Program-made: the position numbers and the translations under genes
From: Convolutriloba macropyga
Taxonomy: Eukaryota
Assembly: GCF_964194025.1 (NCBI RefSeq)
Contig: NC_134475.1
Coordinates: 11,408,001 to 11,472,000 of the forward strand
DNA: 64,000 nucleotides
Direction: 5' to 3'
Shown: one piece after another, positions 35,605-49,473 of the stretch
Position numbering within the stretch: position 1 is the first letter of the stretch
Layout: each line of letters starts with the position of its first letter
The notes under the pieces: generated by a model
Databases searched by the model: none
What the model saw: the letters and a program-made list of their open reading frames with translations, nothing else
What the model was told of the DNA's origin: nothing

Positions 35605-38600
35605 TGTGATGTTTTTGATTAAAACATGTGAAGTTATGAAACCAGAGTTTAAATGTGCTAAGTGTCAAATGCCTAAGTTCCCCCTATAAAATCAAAAATT
35701 CCCCAGTCTGAGTCGAGCAAGTTTCAAAGGTCCTTTTTTGACCCTAGGATACGCCAGAAATGTTTATGCTCTCCGGTCTAAGTCTTGCATACCAAGACAA
35801 CTTTTCATTAATATTTTTATTTCTGAAAGTCGCAACCATAGTAGCAAATCAAGCTCTATAAGTACATCATAATTCGCGCCATTGGCACACAAGTTATGGC
35901 TAAAAACGGGAAATCCCTTACTATAAATAATATTGAAAGTGAATGTCAACCACTTCTGACTTCTTCAATAAAATCAACCTAAATAAATAGCTTCAAATAG
36001 CTGGAAATAGGTTGGGGGAGTGGAAATCAGGAAATGAATGGGTTTTGGAGGACGAAAGTGTAGGTGGGGGGAGGAAAATGAGGGTGTGGGGGGAGATAAA
36101 ATATAAAGGAACTTGGTTTCTTTACACTCCCGGCACAAAAAAGGCAACATTTGAAATGAAAATGTAAACAATAAAACAAAGCACAAAATTTTTTTTTTGA
36201 TATTGAGTTTTTTTAATTTGTTTGTGTGTGTGTGTGTTTCTATGAACTTGTTTTTGTGACCCTCCCGCGCACTTGACAATTGCGGGAATACACGGCTTAG
36301 GGTTACTGCTGGTCTCTGTACCATTTCTGTAGACGTCTGGATGTCGAAGCTCCTGGCTATTCCGACTGAAGCTCTGTGTGCTTTCGCAATCCTCCCGAGA
36401 GGCCAGATGCCTCTGAGTGTAAAGTCCTTGAGCACCCACACAATATCACCTTCATCCAGTTGTTCATCATTTGATCTTTGCCACTTCGTTCTCTTGTTCA
36501 GCTCAGGAATATATTCCTTCAGCAACCTGCTCCAGTAGTGATCAAGTAGTGTCTGCGTCAACTTGAAATCCTTAGTGGAGAACCGCTGGCTGCTGTTCAC
36601 AAGAGGTTTCAAACACATGTAAGGTCTGCGAAGGAGGAAGTGATTCGGAGTGAGTGGTCCCTCATCTGAGATGCTGCAGCTCACATGAGTTAATGGTCTG
36701 GAGTTCAAAATTGCCTCGGCCTCTGCCACAACTGTCTGGAAAACTGAGAGTGTTAGTTTCCGACTGCCCAGCACTATTAGCAGACTCCTCTTCGCGGTCT
36801 GTATCAGCCTCTCCCAGATTCCTCCAAAGTGTGGTGCCAATGGAGTGTTGAATGTTCTGTTGAGCCAATTGCAGTCTGATGTACTCGTTGTCTGGCTTGT
36901 AGCTTCTCTGGAACTTAAACCTCATTGCTGATGTACTCGTTGTCTGGCTTGTAGCTTCTCTGGAACTTAAACCTCATTGCTTGTTTGGCTCCAATGAAGT
37001 TTTTGCCATTGTCACTCACAATGAGGTCGGGGTATCCACGTCGTGATACAAATCTGCGGATGGTCATGAGAAGACAATCGGTTGAGAGGTCATGGCACAT
37101 TTCTAGGTGGACAGCTCTTGTGACCAGGCATGTGAACAAGCAAACGTAGTGCATCTGCGTGCCCTCTCTCTTTTCCTAAATGTAGAATGGTCCAAACATG
37201 TCCATTCCTGTGTTGACGAAGGGATACTGCTTGTTCGCATCTGGAAATCTGAATTCAGGAAGATCGGCCATCTTCGGTCTCACATTGTCTGCCCTCCATC
37301 GTCTGCAAATGAAACAGTATTTCCCGATACTTCTCAGCGCCTTTCTCAACCCAATCATCAGGAAAATCTGTTGCAGGTGAGCCTTCACATATTCCACGCC
37401 CTGATGGCCACAGTCATGGGGCGCCTTTTCAATCAACAGTCTTGCAATTTTGCTCCTGCTATGGAGAGCAAGAGGATTTTTTGCACTGTAGGTTAGAGGT
37501 GCCCTGTCGAGTCTTCCTCCTAACCTCAAGAGTCCGTCGTCATCTAGAAAGGGAGTGAAGGGCATCAGCTTGTCTCCTTTCTCAAGATTGTCTCCCTTTA
37601 ACAGTGCAAAAGTTGTTCCTGAGAACAGCTCGTTTTCGGACATTTTAATGAGGTAGTTCCTTGCCCTTTTCTCATCTGATGCAAAACTGTCATTGTTGGA
37701 GGTCTCAGGTGATTCATTTTGTCTTCTAGTTCGGACTTTTGCTTTGAAGCGTCCTATTGCCTGGAACACCATTCTAGTAGAGTTGAGTAGTCGGCTCCAT
37801 GTTGAAAATTTTTCAACCTCAACGACTGGCGTCTGAAGTGGTGTCGCTTGTGTAGCGCATATGTGGGGATCACTGTCTTCGGCAAAAATCCAGGAGTCTT
37901 GAGGTGTGCTTAGAAAGTCCGGTGGTTGAAGCCACAGCTTTTGCATGTCTGATGGGTTGAGGCCTCGTGTGCCGTGGTCAGTGGGATTCATCTTTCCAGG
38001 GATGTGTCTCCAATTGTCCGGGTTGGATTTCTGATGAATTTAGTCAATCTGTTGGCAATATACATCTTCTGTCTCTGCTTGGATTGGATCCATCCAAGTG
38101 TAGCGGTGCTGACTGTCCAAGAGTGTTTTGAACTTATGGTTAATGTCATCTCGCTCTCACAAAATCCAGCTAGCTTTGCTCCAAGTGTCGCCGCTTCCAA
38201 TTCCAGTTTTGGAATGCTCAGCTGCTTGATCGGCGCCACTTTTGTTTTACTGATCACATATCGGGATGTGGAAGATCCATCAACTTTAGTTGTCCTCACA
38301 TAAACTATGGCAGCAATTGCACTCATTGAGGCGTCAGTGAACGTGTGAAGTTGATGGGTTCCATTGGTGCTGGGAATCAAGCATCTAGGAATTTCGATTG
38401 AAGTCATGCTGTCGAACTCATCCATCCAATCCTGTAGTTCCTGTTGGTAGCATTCCGACACAGGTTGATCCCAGTTTCTTCCCTCTTTAATGATTCTTTG
38501 GAGAATGCATCTAATTCTGATGGCAAAAGGTGAAATCAGTCCGACTGGATCGAACAGAGAAGCTGCCATTGAAAGCACCTTTCTTTGAGTCATCTGGTGT

Positions 38601-41600
38601 CCTGTGTAGAGAAGCTTCGGTTTTGCAAACATCAACTTGTCAGTTTTGGGGTCCCATGTCTGACCAAAGATTCTTTGGGCTTTCATTTCCGCCTTGTCTT
38701 CTTCCAGTAGGTTACTTAATGCGTCTGGTCTGTTGCTCAGGAACTTTGTCAGATTGAATCCTCCTGTATGCACAACAGTTTTGATCTCATCTACACTTCT
38801 GCTGGCCTCTTCTTCAGAAGGGGAGGTCTGCATGAAATCATCCATGTAGAACTGCTGCATTATTGATGTGTAGGCCTCTGGATGTTCTTGTTGGTGGTCA
38901 TTTGCACACTTCTGCAGAACAGAAATCGCTTAAGAAGGTGAGCATGTAGCTCCAAAAATGAGTCGATTGTATTTGAAGATCTTTTCCTTGCCATTCTGTG
39001 TCCACAGAAAACGGAGATAGTCCTGGTCTTGTGGTTGGATGCCAATCTGCATGAACATTGCCTCAATGTCAGCTGTGATTGCCATTGAGTACTGTCTGAA
39101 GCGGAGAAGAAGGCCATGCAGGTTGCAGAGTAGATGCGGCCCTTTCAGCAGTGCATCATTGAGTGAGGTACCCTCATATTTGGAAGCAGTATTTGTGACT
39201 CTGCGGATTTTATCTGGTTTCTGTTTGTTGATCACTGGGTGATGGTGAAGGTAACAGACAGAGTGTCTGCAACTGGGGTCTGCAGTTTAGATGTAGTTTT
39301 TGTCCAAATCTTTTTTGATGGTTTCGTCGTAGCGTTCTCTCAAATTTGTGTCCCTCTCCAGTCTTTGCTGCAGAGCGTGCCACTGAACTTTGGCCATGAA
39401 GTAGTTGTTAGGAAGTTTGATGTCTTTCTTCCATGGAAGTCCAATCTGGTATCTGTCACCAATGTGTTTTATGGTATCATTGAGGATGAACAGAGCTTCT
39501 TTGTCATCTGCAGACTGTCCCTTTGAAGAACACTGGTTGAAGTTCACACCTTCAATTGTCCAGAAAAGTTGGAGAAGATCTTCATCTGGTTCGTCTTGTC
39601 GTCTCCTGATATGATTGAAAAGTGTTATGCTTGTGCTGTTTGAATGTCCGACCCCCTTCTATGTGTACCTCTGAGGAATGGGTCCTGTCAGTGTCCAGCC
39701 AAGCAGAGTGTTGACTCCGTATGGGGTGCCAGTGGGTCCTGTTGTGAACTGTCTGGAAACCGTTGCTGTGAAAGCATCTGCTCCAATCAAAATTCCGATC
39801 CGGTTGTCTCTGATTGTTGGAAATCTTATGTTCTGGAGGTGAGAGTGGTCTCTGCAGATCTCATTCAGCATTTCAATTTGAACTCTTGGCATTCGAAACT
39901 TCTCCACTGTTGTTGCGTACACAGGGATCTGATCACAGGACAACTGCTTCACAAAGCTCCTATGCCGATCATTACATCTGCTGTTTTAACTGAGTGTTCA
40001 CCGTGAAGTGAAGCTAGGTGTAGGGTTATGTCTTTCGGTTGTTGAACTTGAAGTGCTTCAGCAACCTTCTGTGTTATTTGAGTGTTGTCATTGCCACTGT
40101 CCAACAAAGCGTAGGTTTCAATGCAAAGATCTCTGTTGAAAAGTGTTACTGGTATCGCCTGCAATTGTATCTGCGGTCTGATCCATGAAGTTTCCTGTTG
40201 GTTGCTGCAAGTGTAATTTTGTTGCGGAGTAGTTGCCTGCTGTTGGGCTATAGTGCGTTTATTGTTACTCTACTGTCTGTTGACGTTGTTCTGCGCGTTC
40301 ATCGGCTGAGGATGAAAACCGATTTTGTTCCAGTTGCCCCTGTGTGAAGTGCTGCTGTTAGATGCACTTTGCCTGTTCTGGTTTCCACTCTGTTGGTTGT
40401 AGTTTGAACTCAACTGCTGCCTTTGGTTTTCATTATTAAAGTTACGTCCATAGCTTGACTGGTTTTGGTTTGTTTGGTTTCTGAAGACATTGTTTTGTGA
40501 GTTTTGATTCCAGTGACCAATTGGTTGTACATTTTGTTACTGTTGCCTTGCATCTGTCCTATGGAGCGTTGAGTGATGAAAGCCATCGCATCTGTCCACA
40601 AGGCACCTTGTTTTCGATTGGCAGAGACCCTTTTCGTGAGCTCTTAGACAGTTAGGGCAGAGATTGAACCTCCTCACACAACCCTGTCGGTCAAACACTG
40701 AGTTTTCCAAGTATTCGGGACAACGACCAAGGTTGTGGTTTTGTGAGCAGAGTTGACATGAAACATCTGAAGGCCCCCTTCTAGAAAAAGTGTTTACTCT
40801 GGTTCTTTGGTTCCGTTGTGGGGAGATGTCTGCGCACGCCTCTGCGTATGAGTCAATCCAATCGGCAAAGTGGGTAAGGTTAGGTGGCAGCAATCCTTGG
40901 CTTCTTGTGTGCTGATTCCATCTGATTATCATATTAGGGTTCAGTTTGTCTCTGGCCATTCTCAAGACAGCTGAAGACTTCAAATCAGCTTCAAAGATGT
41001 GAAGCCTGAATGCTTGTACCAGTCGCCTCAAGAAAGATGAAAAGCTCACAAAAGTGTTTGGTTCGTCCTGTCTGGTTTTCGCCCTTCTCTCCAATTGATC
41101 CAGGTATGCAGCGACAATGTGCTGTGGTTTGCCAAACTTTCTGGTCAGTTCAGCGATGGCTGCATTGTAGTAGTCCTCATTGTAGGAGTATCCACTTATG
41201 GAATCTCTTGCTTTATGTGTTACAGAGTTTTGGAGGAATGTCATTTTTTGGGCGTCTGAGAGGCGACTGTTGTTGTGAATGGTTGCTTTGAAGAAGCTGA
41301 ACCACTGGTGTCAATCCAGAGTATCGCCTGGGAAATTATCAATTGATATCCTGGGCAAACTCAATGTGTTCTGTATCATCAGTGCTTGGTGTTGCATCCA
41401 GTCTGGTGGGAATCTCGGAAAGCCATTGTATAGGTTGTTGTTATAGCCGTTGTTATTGAGTCCATCAGGTCCACTGAAATTGTTCACTGGTAGTTGATTG
41501 GTTTGCGGTGTGTACCTATGGCTCATGGTCGGAGCAGCCTGGTTATTGTTGTGAAAAGAACATGGTTGTTGCAAATGACATGCTTTGCTGTCCTCACTCT

Positions 41601-43461
41601 CATGTCGGCTCTGTCCTTGAACATTGTTCTCTTCTCTCGATCGTTCATCCGTTCTCAGTTCCCCTGTGAAAATTTCGCGGTTTCTTCTTCTCTCTTCAAT
41701 GTTCAGAACGGGTTGAGAATTATCAGGGTCTTCTGAGTCGGACGAGTCAGCGTTGTTACTTTCCTGATTGTTGCGGCTTGCGAAATGATGTTTCATTGCT
41801 CTATTGCGTAAAGGGTACTTTCTCAATAGATTAGGGGAAGGCGCTGCTGATGTGTTAAAAGCAGATTCAGTGTCCCTTGCATCTGTTCTGTGTGCTTTTG
41901 CTCTCTGTTTGCATTTCAGCATGGTTATGTTTCTTTCGGCAGATTCATTGGCAAATGTTGTCAACTCTTCACTTGTCAGCTGTAGCTTCATGAGTTCATT
42001 GCAACTTCTGTCTAACTGCTCTTTTTGAGACCTCAAGAGTTCCAAAGTTTCACGTAGTAGGCTTAGACCTTCGTTACTATTACTTTGTTCTTCGAAGAGG
42101 TCTTTTACTGCGTTCGACTCTATCACTTTCAACTGAAGTTGTTGCTTTAGGCTGTTCTTTGCTGCTGATGATGCTTTGGACTTGTCTGGCATATTGATTG
42201 TTTTAGAAGTTTATTCTTATTTTACAAAGTTTATACTGCACTGTTACTGCACTATGTTTCCTTGTAACAGCCCTGTTCTATCTTTTGTTATGTCAAAACC
42301 TAATGTTAAATGTTAATTTAAATGAGGCTGTTGCTTAGTGTGCTTAGCTAATGTTTTTTTGCCTAATGTTTGTTAGCTATGTTTTAGCGTGTCGCAATCA
42401 CTAATCAGTGAAGTTTGATGAAGCTTCGTTAATAAGTTGTATAGAGTAAAACCTTTTCACTAATCAGTGAAATTCTTACAAACGTAGACAATTATAATTT
42501 TTTGTCCGGTTGCCTATTTGTTTTTCGAGCGCGATAGAAAGAACCCTAACCTGTGGCTAAATTTCGACTAAGGTGTGTGTCTACTGACACTGGTGGGGGG
42601 ATAACTTCACGTTCCTTTAAACCTTAATGAAGCAAGGGCATACCAGGCCTTGCAACTAATCCTAAGTTAATGTGTGTGTGTTAGTGGTGCTTTCAAATTT
42701 CACCTAGAGGAGGACCTACTCCTTTCAGAACTAATGCGGAAAGATACTATATTGATGCAACGATATCTAGACGCCTATTAAAATCCAACTTTCGAAATGA
42801 AGACTTTCAATTCTGCAAGTAAGGCTAGCCCATCTGTCGTGACTAGGCATCCCACGCAAGCATCCTTCTCAGGAGAACTGTCAAATCAGTCTTCACTTCT
42901 AGAGCCAGATTAAAAATCAGTTGGATCTTTTGTGGTTGTGATATTTTTGATTAAAACATGTGAAGTTATCAAACCAGAGTTTAAAAGTGCTAAGTGTCAA
43001 ATGCCTAAGTTCCCCCTATAAAATCAAAAGTTCCCCAGTCTGAGTCGAGCAAGTTTCAAAGGTCCTTTTTTGACCCTAGGATACGCCAGAAATGTTTATG
43101 CTCTTCGGCCTAAGTCTTGCATACCAAGACCACTTTTCATTAATATTTGTATTTCTGAAAGTCGCAACCATGGTAGCAAATCAAGCTCTATAAGTACATC
43201 ATAATTCGCGCCATTGGCACACAAGTTGTGGTTAAAAACGGGAAATCCCTTACTATAAATAATATTGAAAGTGAATGTCAACCACTTCTGACTTCTTCAA
43301 TAAAATCAACTTGAATAAATAGCTTCAAATAGCTGGAAATAGGTTGGGGGAGTGGAAATCAGGAAATGAATGGGGGAAATTTGGAGGACGAAAGTGTAGG
43401 TGGGGGGAGGAAAATGAGGGTGTGGGGGAGATAAAATATAAAGGAACTTGGTTCCTTTACA
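35605..43461 (-). mobile_element. BEL/Pao LTR retrotransposon copy 2 (defective)
   Basis: LTRs at 35605-36126 and 42937-43461. gag is split (41311-42192, 40537-41244); protease ALLDSG; RT YMDD; RNase H FTDAS; integrase core CLVTRAVHLE...VSDNGKNF is retained; 51-bp internal tandem duplication at ~36876-36978. Confidence 0.95.
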
Positions 43462-43932
43462 AATATAACTTAGTTATTGTCAAAAAGACAGTTTCCTGCT
43501 GTTATTGGTGATAGATTAGTTTTTAAAATTCGGTGGAAGTTTGTTAAAATAGTTTTGTTGCTTGGAGAGAGCAATGGGAAAATTAATAGATTCATTGATC
43601 CATAAACAAACTTGAAACTCGCAGAAGTCGATGAACCAACAATCATGAGGAAAAAGGTTGATAGTGTGCACAATTTCGGCTTGAAAATCATGGTTGGATT
43701 CGAGAAAGATCGTCAACCGAGTTACTAAGAGGCTTCGACAAAGATACGGAATTCAGATTGAGGGTTTGGCAGTCTTTGCTTATTCGTTCTTCAAACGCTG
43801 GAATTTTTTGCCGAAAAGTTTTTTGACAAGACTTGCTTCGACACTACCTCTGTTGATTGCTTAATTTTCTTTTTCACGTTTTCTGAGCATAATTGCAAAT
43901 AAGGATTTTTCACTCCAAAGTAATGATTGATC

Positions 43933-44090
43933 AGTAGTATAGAAAATTGACTAGAACCTCAACAGGGGGGGGGGGGGGACGGACAATTACTGCAGCGTGG
44001 CAATCTACAACGGGGTTGAAATCGCTATGGCCCATCTTAAAACATGTGGGTCACCACCCCCCGGGCAGCTCCGCTCATCCATATACTACT
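43933..44090. mobile_element. 158-bp non-autonomous element, TIR AGTAGTATA...TATACTACT, 6-bp TSD TTGATC
   Basis: TSD at 43927-43932 and 44091-44096. The paralogous empty site has a single TTGATC at 8788-8793. Confidence 0.88.
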
Positions 44091-44145
44091 TTGATCCTTT
44101 GGTACTTGCTTTTTATTATTCAAAAATCCAAAGTAATGATTGATC

Positions 44146-44309
44146 AGTAGTATAAAAAAGTGACTAGAACCTCAACGGGGGGGGGGGGGGGACGGACAAT
44201 TACTGCAGCGTGGCAATCTACAACGGGGTTGAAATCGCTATAGCCTATCTTAAAACATGTAAGTCACCACCCCCCCCCCCCGGGCAGCTCCGCTCATCTA
44301 TATACTACT
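44146..44309. mobile_element. Second copy of the same element, made by a ~213-bp local tandem duplication
   Basis: Same TIRs, TTGATC on both sides, and duplicated flanking sequence. Confidence 0.85.
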
Positions 44310-44519
44310 TTGATCCTTTGGTACTTGCTTTTTTATTATTCAAAAATCTTAATGGTCTTTGATAATTAATGACAAATCAAATAATTTTGGCTTTTCGCAT
44401 TTGTCCGAAAAAAAATTCCAGTAACATCAGTTAACAATTGTCAACCCTAATATTGGAAATCTAACAGTGTTATGATATAGAAAAAAAGCGCATATTTACT
44501 AAGGTATTGGCAAAATGGA

Positions 44520-44749
44520 NNNNNNNNNNNNNNNNNNNNNNNNNNNNNNNNNNNNNNNNNNNNNNNNNNNNNNNNNNNNNNNNNNNNNNNNNNNNNNNNN
44601 NNNNNNNNNNNNNNNNNNNNNNNNNNNNNNNNNNNNNNNNNNNNNNNNNNNNNNNNNNNNNNNNNNNNNNNNNNNNNNNNNNNNNNNNNNNNNNNNNNNN
44701 NNNNNNNNNNNNNNNNNNNNNNNNNNNNNNNNNNNNNNNNNNNNNNNNN
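44520..44749. other. Assembly gap (N run)
   Basis: 230 N. Confidence 1.
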
Positions 44750-47279
44750 GCATCACCTCGTTTGATATATTTGCTTCTTGACCTCTTGATGTATTATGAT
44801 TAATTGATTTATATAATTTATTTTGCGATTAGAAGTTAAGTGTTTGCCGTTGCTCCAATTGGGTGAAAAGAATTCTTTTTGAGATATATTGAGATGCTCC
44901 CGTTTATTTTGAAGTGCATAATGATTATTAGCCAAAATGCGGATTTAATGTCATGTCGTACCAATTCTTGATGTGGTATGATGTACTTATGCCAGGTTTT
45001 CAAATTTACCATCTGTTTGATATAAAATTGTGTGACTTATAGATCCGAGACAGGTATGGATCAGACAGACCTGCGTTGCGGACAGGGGGGGGGGGGCGGT
45101 GCGACAGAGCTCATAGTCTGGGGACAAATTTGTGGTTGCAATTCGTTTTTATTTTTATCAGCATACTGAGCATCCTGGTTTTGCCCTGTTTTGTTACTGT
45201 TTCGGCATCACATGTAAGGCAAAATTCCAGAACAAAACCAGAACGTTCACTGTGATGATAATTATAAAAACAAAGCGCTCCGTAGCATTGGAAAGGGTAA
45301 AAGCCATGTTATAATTAGAATAAATTGCTTCCACTGAAATTGTTGGCTGGACAGTTTGTTTTTTAACATGAACAGAGAATGGACAGGTAAATACCAGTTA
45401 AATTGCAAGCAAATTTGACTGCAAAACGCATGCAATCCTCCTCCTGCACAGATCAACCTGCAACTCACCTGCACAACGCAATATCAAATCAAATTTACCT
45501 GAACAAATTACAATAAATTGGAGGTAATTTACGCTCGCAGTACTTTTAATCTGAAGGTAGAAAAAACACCAGGAACAGTAAATAGATCTCTATGGTCAAT
45601 ACAAATGCAATTGCAATTACTGGTTTGTACGCTTTTTGTGCAGGTAGATTTCGTGTTCAAACTGTTATGCGTTGTATATCATTCAACCTGGATCCATAAT
45701 ATTTATTTGTGTTCGTCGAACGATTCTTTTTTGCCGCTTCCCCTCGCTAACGCGATAAAGAGGGAACATTACAAACCCCAAATATTTCTCAAAACTTGAT
45801 CAATAGTTCACCTTGAGAAAAGTTTCAACAATAAAACGTAGCTTCTTTGGGTTTTCGCGAATTCAGAACAGACCAATTCGATTGCGTTGGAGAATACTTG
45901 TGATCAGTTAGTTTTTTTTTCAATTGAAACTCCAGTGTGATTGGCATTCTAGAACTAATTTATCATCTTTCAGATGTTTTCAGGCAGTTGAAAGTAAGCT
46001 ATTGCGCACCAAATTATTGGTGATCACAAAATGCAATGATCACTTTGGCCCCTCTTTAGGTTCAATGACATGCTCGGTGTAGCTGTAAAGTAATACAATA
46101 AGACAACAGTCTACCGAAGTTTCAATTTCTCAAGAAAAGCAATAAGCTCATCAATGATCATAGCAACAAGTGAGAGTTTAGACGGCAAGGTTTTTTTTGA
46201 TGCTCTCTTTTAATGGTTTTTTGTCTGATGTTATTGACGTCAGAATCGGTTCATATTCGATCAACAATCGTCTAAACAACCTAAAACTATTAAGCCAAAA
46301 ACCACCTTAATCCATACATATCGCGGTTATATTTACTTAAAATTAGGTTATACGAACTTTTTTGGAACTTTCTATGTATATTAGAACGTATTTAGATGAT
46401 TAGAAGTACTCGTTTCTGATTGGATAATAATCTCTCGCTTACATCTATTTAGTTACTAACACTCGGAGATATCAACGATAGCAATAAAATGACCACAACT
46501 TTTTCCACTGCATGTTAATGATGACACAAGGATTCCGACTGATTAACAATACTAACAACTCAGGAAAAATTGACTAACGATTCATGAGAATCATATTTTT
46601 TCTTTCTCTTTTTTCGGAGGTTGCTACACATTCAATAATGAATAGGAATATTTACCTGAACGGTGTGCAGGTAAGGCCGTGTTAAAAAAAAACTAACCTG
46701 CACATTTTTTTTTTCAAATTTGTTTGCTGGCACACTTTTCAGGTATATTGACGGAGGAAAGAACTTACTAATTTGTTCTTACCTTTTTAGAAAGGAAAAT
46801 CGTTTTCGTAGTACTATGTACTTTTATTCTAATTTTCGCAAGCTAGAAAGAAACGATCCTTATTATGTTCCAGATTATTACTATCAAACTATTTTTGGAA
46901 GGCTTTTTACATAAAACACTTTGTTTAGAAGTTTATATTATTGTGCAATTGGACTTTTGTAATAAGCAGGAAATTTTTGTACCATTTCAAAAAAGTACTG
47001 GTGAACAAAATTAATTTTTTTCTAGTTTTTTTTATAACTAGAAAAATTATATGCTCGCTCTCTGTAGAACCACACAAACCGAATATCAGACAAAAGAACA
47101 CCATTAAATGTTTCTCTGTGTTGTCTGCTATTTCAATGTTCATATACTCTTTTACGACATAGGTATGACAGAACAACCGGAACTGTACTCTGCAATAATT
47201 AATAAGAACGCACTCAACATTCTAAATCACACCCTTATTTGCATCTCAAATATGCAATTGTAGCATCAATTTTCAAATG

Positions 47280-48367
47280 TATGCCCTAAAATGTAGTCTT
47301 CTCAGCAGAAGTTTGTCGAAGAAGAAGCCTTCCATCATGGATGTGTTTTTGTCGTTGATCGAGCTTGCGTCCTTTTTTGGTCTCGTTTTTCCCTATTTCT
47401 TTCTTCCGTTTTCCTGTTTGGTTCTTTGCTGCTTGGCTTGTTCTGAATTTTTTCTATTTTTTCAAGCGTGTCGCCGTTTGTTTGTGCATTTTGCCTGCCT
47501 TTACATTTTATTATTAAGTTTTAGGGTTTCAGATTTTATCCTTGGCGAGGGTCCTTTCGTGTTTAGGGGTCTCGTTTGTAAACTCAGCAATGCACATGCC
47601 CTGGTCGTCAAAAAAGCGAATTTGGCTCAAGAGCATACATTGAGAGAGTTTACACAAATGATGTTTGTCGTTTGTTTTTGCGCTTGTAGATGTTTGCATC
47701 CCTTGTGTCGGCGTCCTTGCGTTTTTGCTTCGGTTGTTCGTGATCACCTTTTTTCTCGGACTTCTTTTTGCAAAACAAAAGATACCCCGCTTTCCTCAAA
47801 ACGTGAAGGCAAAAGGTCCCGAAAAATTGGGGTCCTACAGATGAGCTGTCCAGGCACCTGTGCGTTCCTAATTGCTACCGTACCTGCAACATCAGATAAA
47901 TTTGACTGAAAAACGCATGTCGTCCTCCTGCGCAATTTATCCGCTATTTACCTTCACCACGCAATGAAAACTATAAAAATAAAATTACCTGTAGAGTTTA
48001 CAATATATTTGGAGGTAATTTAAGTTACAGTACTCTAACTTTGAGGAGAAATTACCTGGAAATATAAGTAAACTTTTCTTGTGAATTCACCTGCAATTGC
48101 AATTTCTATCAGTTTTTGTGCAGTTAATGTGCGAACATCAAAAGACATAATCCACGCAGTAGCTGATTCTGCATTCTGTAGATCCAAAATTTGTCTGTCT
48201 GTAGTTGATCTGGCCACCATTGTCGTGGTCGATAACACGTGTCACAAGAATTCAATGAGTTGAATTTTAAAATAAATTTGGAACTGAAAATATACAAAAA
48301 TTAGCTCGCATTTATAGTAGTTATCTATACGAAAAGATACAGAGAAAACTTAGATTAGCTAAAAACA
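47280..48367 (-). mobile_element. Probable decayed gypsy-type LTR element: short LTR candidate plus gag remnant
   Basis: A TGT...ACA bounded AT-rich ~128 bp segment (48240-48367) is followed on the minus strand by ARSTTDRQILDLQNAESATAWIMSF and a Cys/His-rich basic region. No pol or second LTR was seen. Confidence 0.4.
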
Positions 48368-49473
48368 TTTTACTTGATTGACATGTGAATAGATCTTAGT
48401 TCCGAATCCCGGAGGTGATTTTCTATTTTCATCAACATTTCATGAGAATCATATATGGCTTGGGTAAAATCGAGTTCATTAGTTGGAGGTCGGTGGATGT
48501 TAGAATCAGGTTTCTGTTGGTGGGAGAATTTACTTCTGACATATGATTGATAGGTCAATAAGATAATGATAGCGCCAAAACAAAATTAGAATTGAGTTTA
48601 GTTTTGTGGCCATTACTTATCGACATTGCATCAAAGTTCGTCAGGTAAGTTCTTCTTTTGTTCTTTGGAACTTTAATAAAGAAAACTTCTAAGTTTTTTA
48701 TTTTTCTTTGAAACCATCACAAATTTGCTTGTATCTTGCGTGTGAAATTGGCTTTGATCATAGACTATGATGCTCTCGAAACGCTGCCGCTGATCAGACC
48801 ACAGCTGTGATCGCAGATCAGACAAACTTCAGACCATTGTTCAGACTTCAGTGCAGTCGAAGACTTTCCCACATCATGCAATCCAACCGCACAAAGATTG
48901 TCTGATCAGTGGTTACTTCCGTCTGGACACTGTGATTTGCGAGCGCATATAACGTAGTCAATCTGCGCGGTTCATAAAGGAATTCAATGAAGAAATTCAT
49001 AAGGAAACCTGAATCGTAACTATACCCTATCTAACTTACCTTGCCAAGCAACTATAATAAACATATCGGCTTGCACAAATTGATTTATCTTAAGAATTCT
49101 ATATTTATAAAATTTTAGTTGCAAAATAATTTGCTGATCTAATACTGGTCATTTCCTGGAAATATTGTATAATCCCTATTCGGCAAATAAATGGTATTAA
49201 ATAGATCATGCTCGGCCCATGAAAAGACTGTTGATCGGCTTTAACTGGGATATGGTGTACATGTATATGCTACGCGTGCATTTATAGTCAATACTGACGC
49301 CCCTATTAGACCTGTAAAGTTTTTTTAATTATTCGAAGATTAGATGGACGAAAATTTAACAAAATTATATAACTCCTGAATACATCGCTATCAAAAATAA
49401 TTGGGCAAAAATAATCGCAATCATTTATGAATACTTCAAATGACGTCACTAGTCTCTCTCGCATTGTTCCAAC

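Larger units (their letters stand above)
34931..44410. repeat. Segmental duplication copy B (paralogous to 1-8888)
   Basis: Same flanks and same BEL/Pao insertion as copy A. Confidence 0.95.

Noticed and set aside
44753-45010. HDIKSAF-like fragment on the minus strand as a reverse transcriptase motif
   Set aside because: It is a single short motif next to a gap with no supporting context.
47277-47909. 210-aa hydrophobic plus-strand ORF as a membrane protein
   Set aside because: It is the reverse complement of an A-rich, gag-like remnant, which explains the Phe/Leu/Cys bias.
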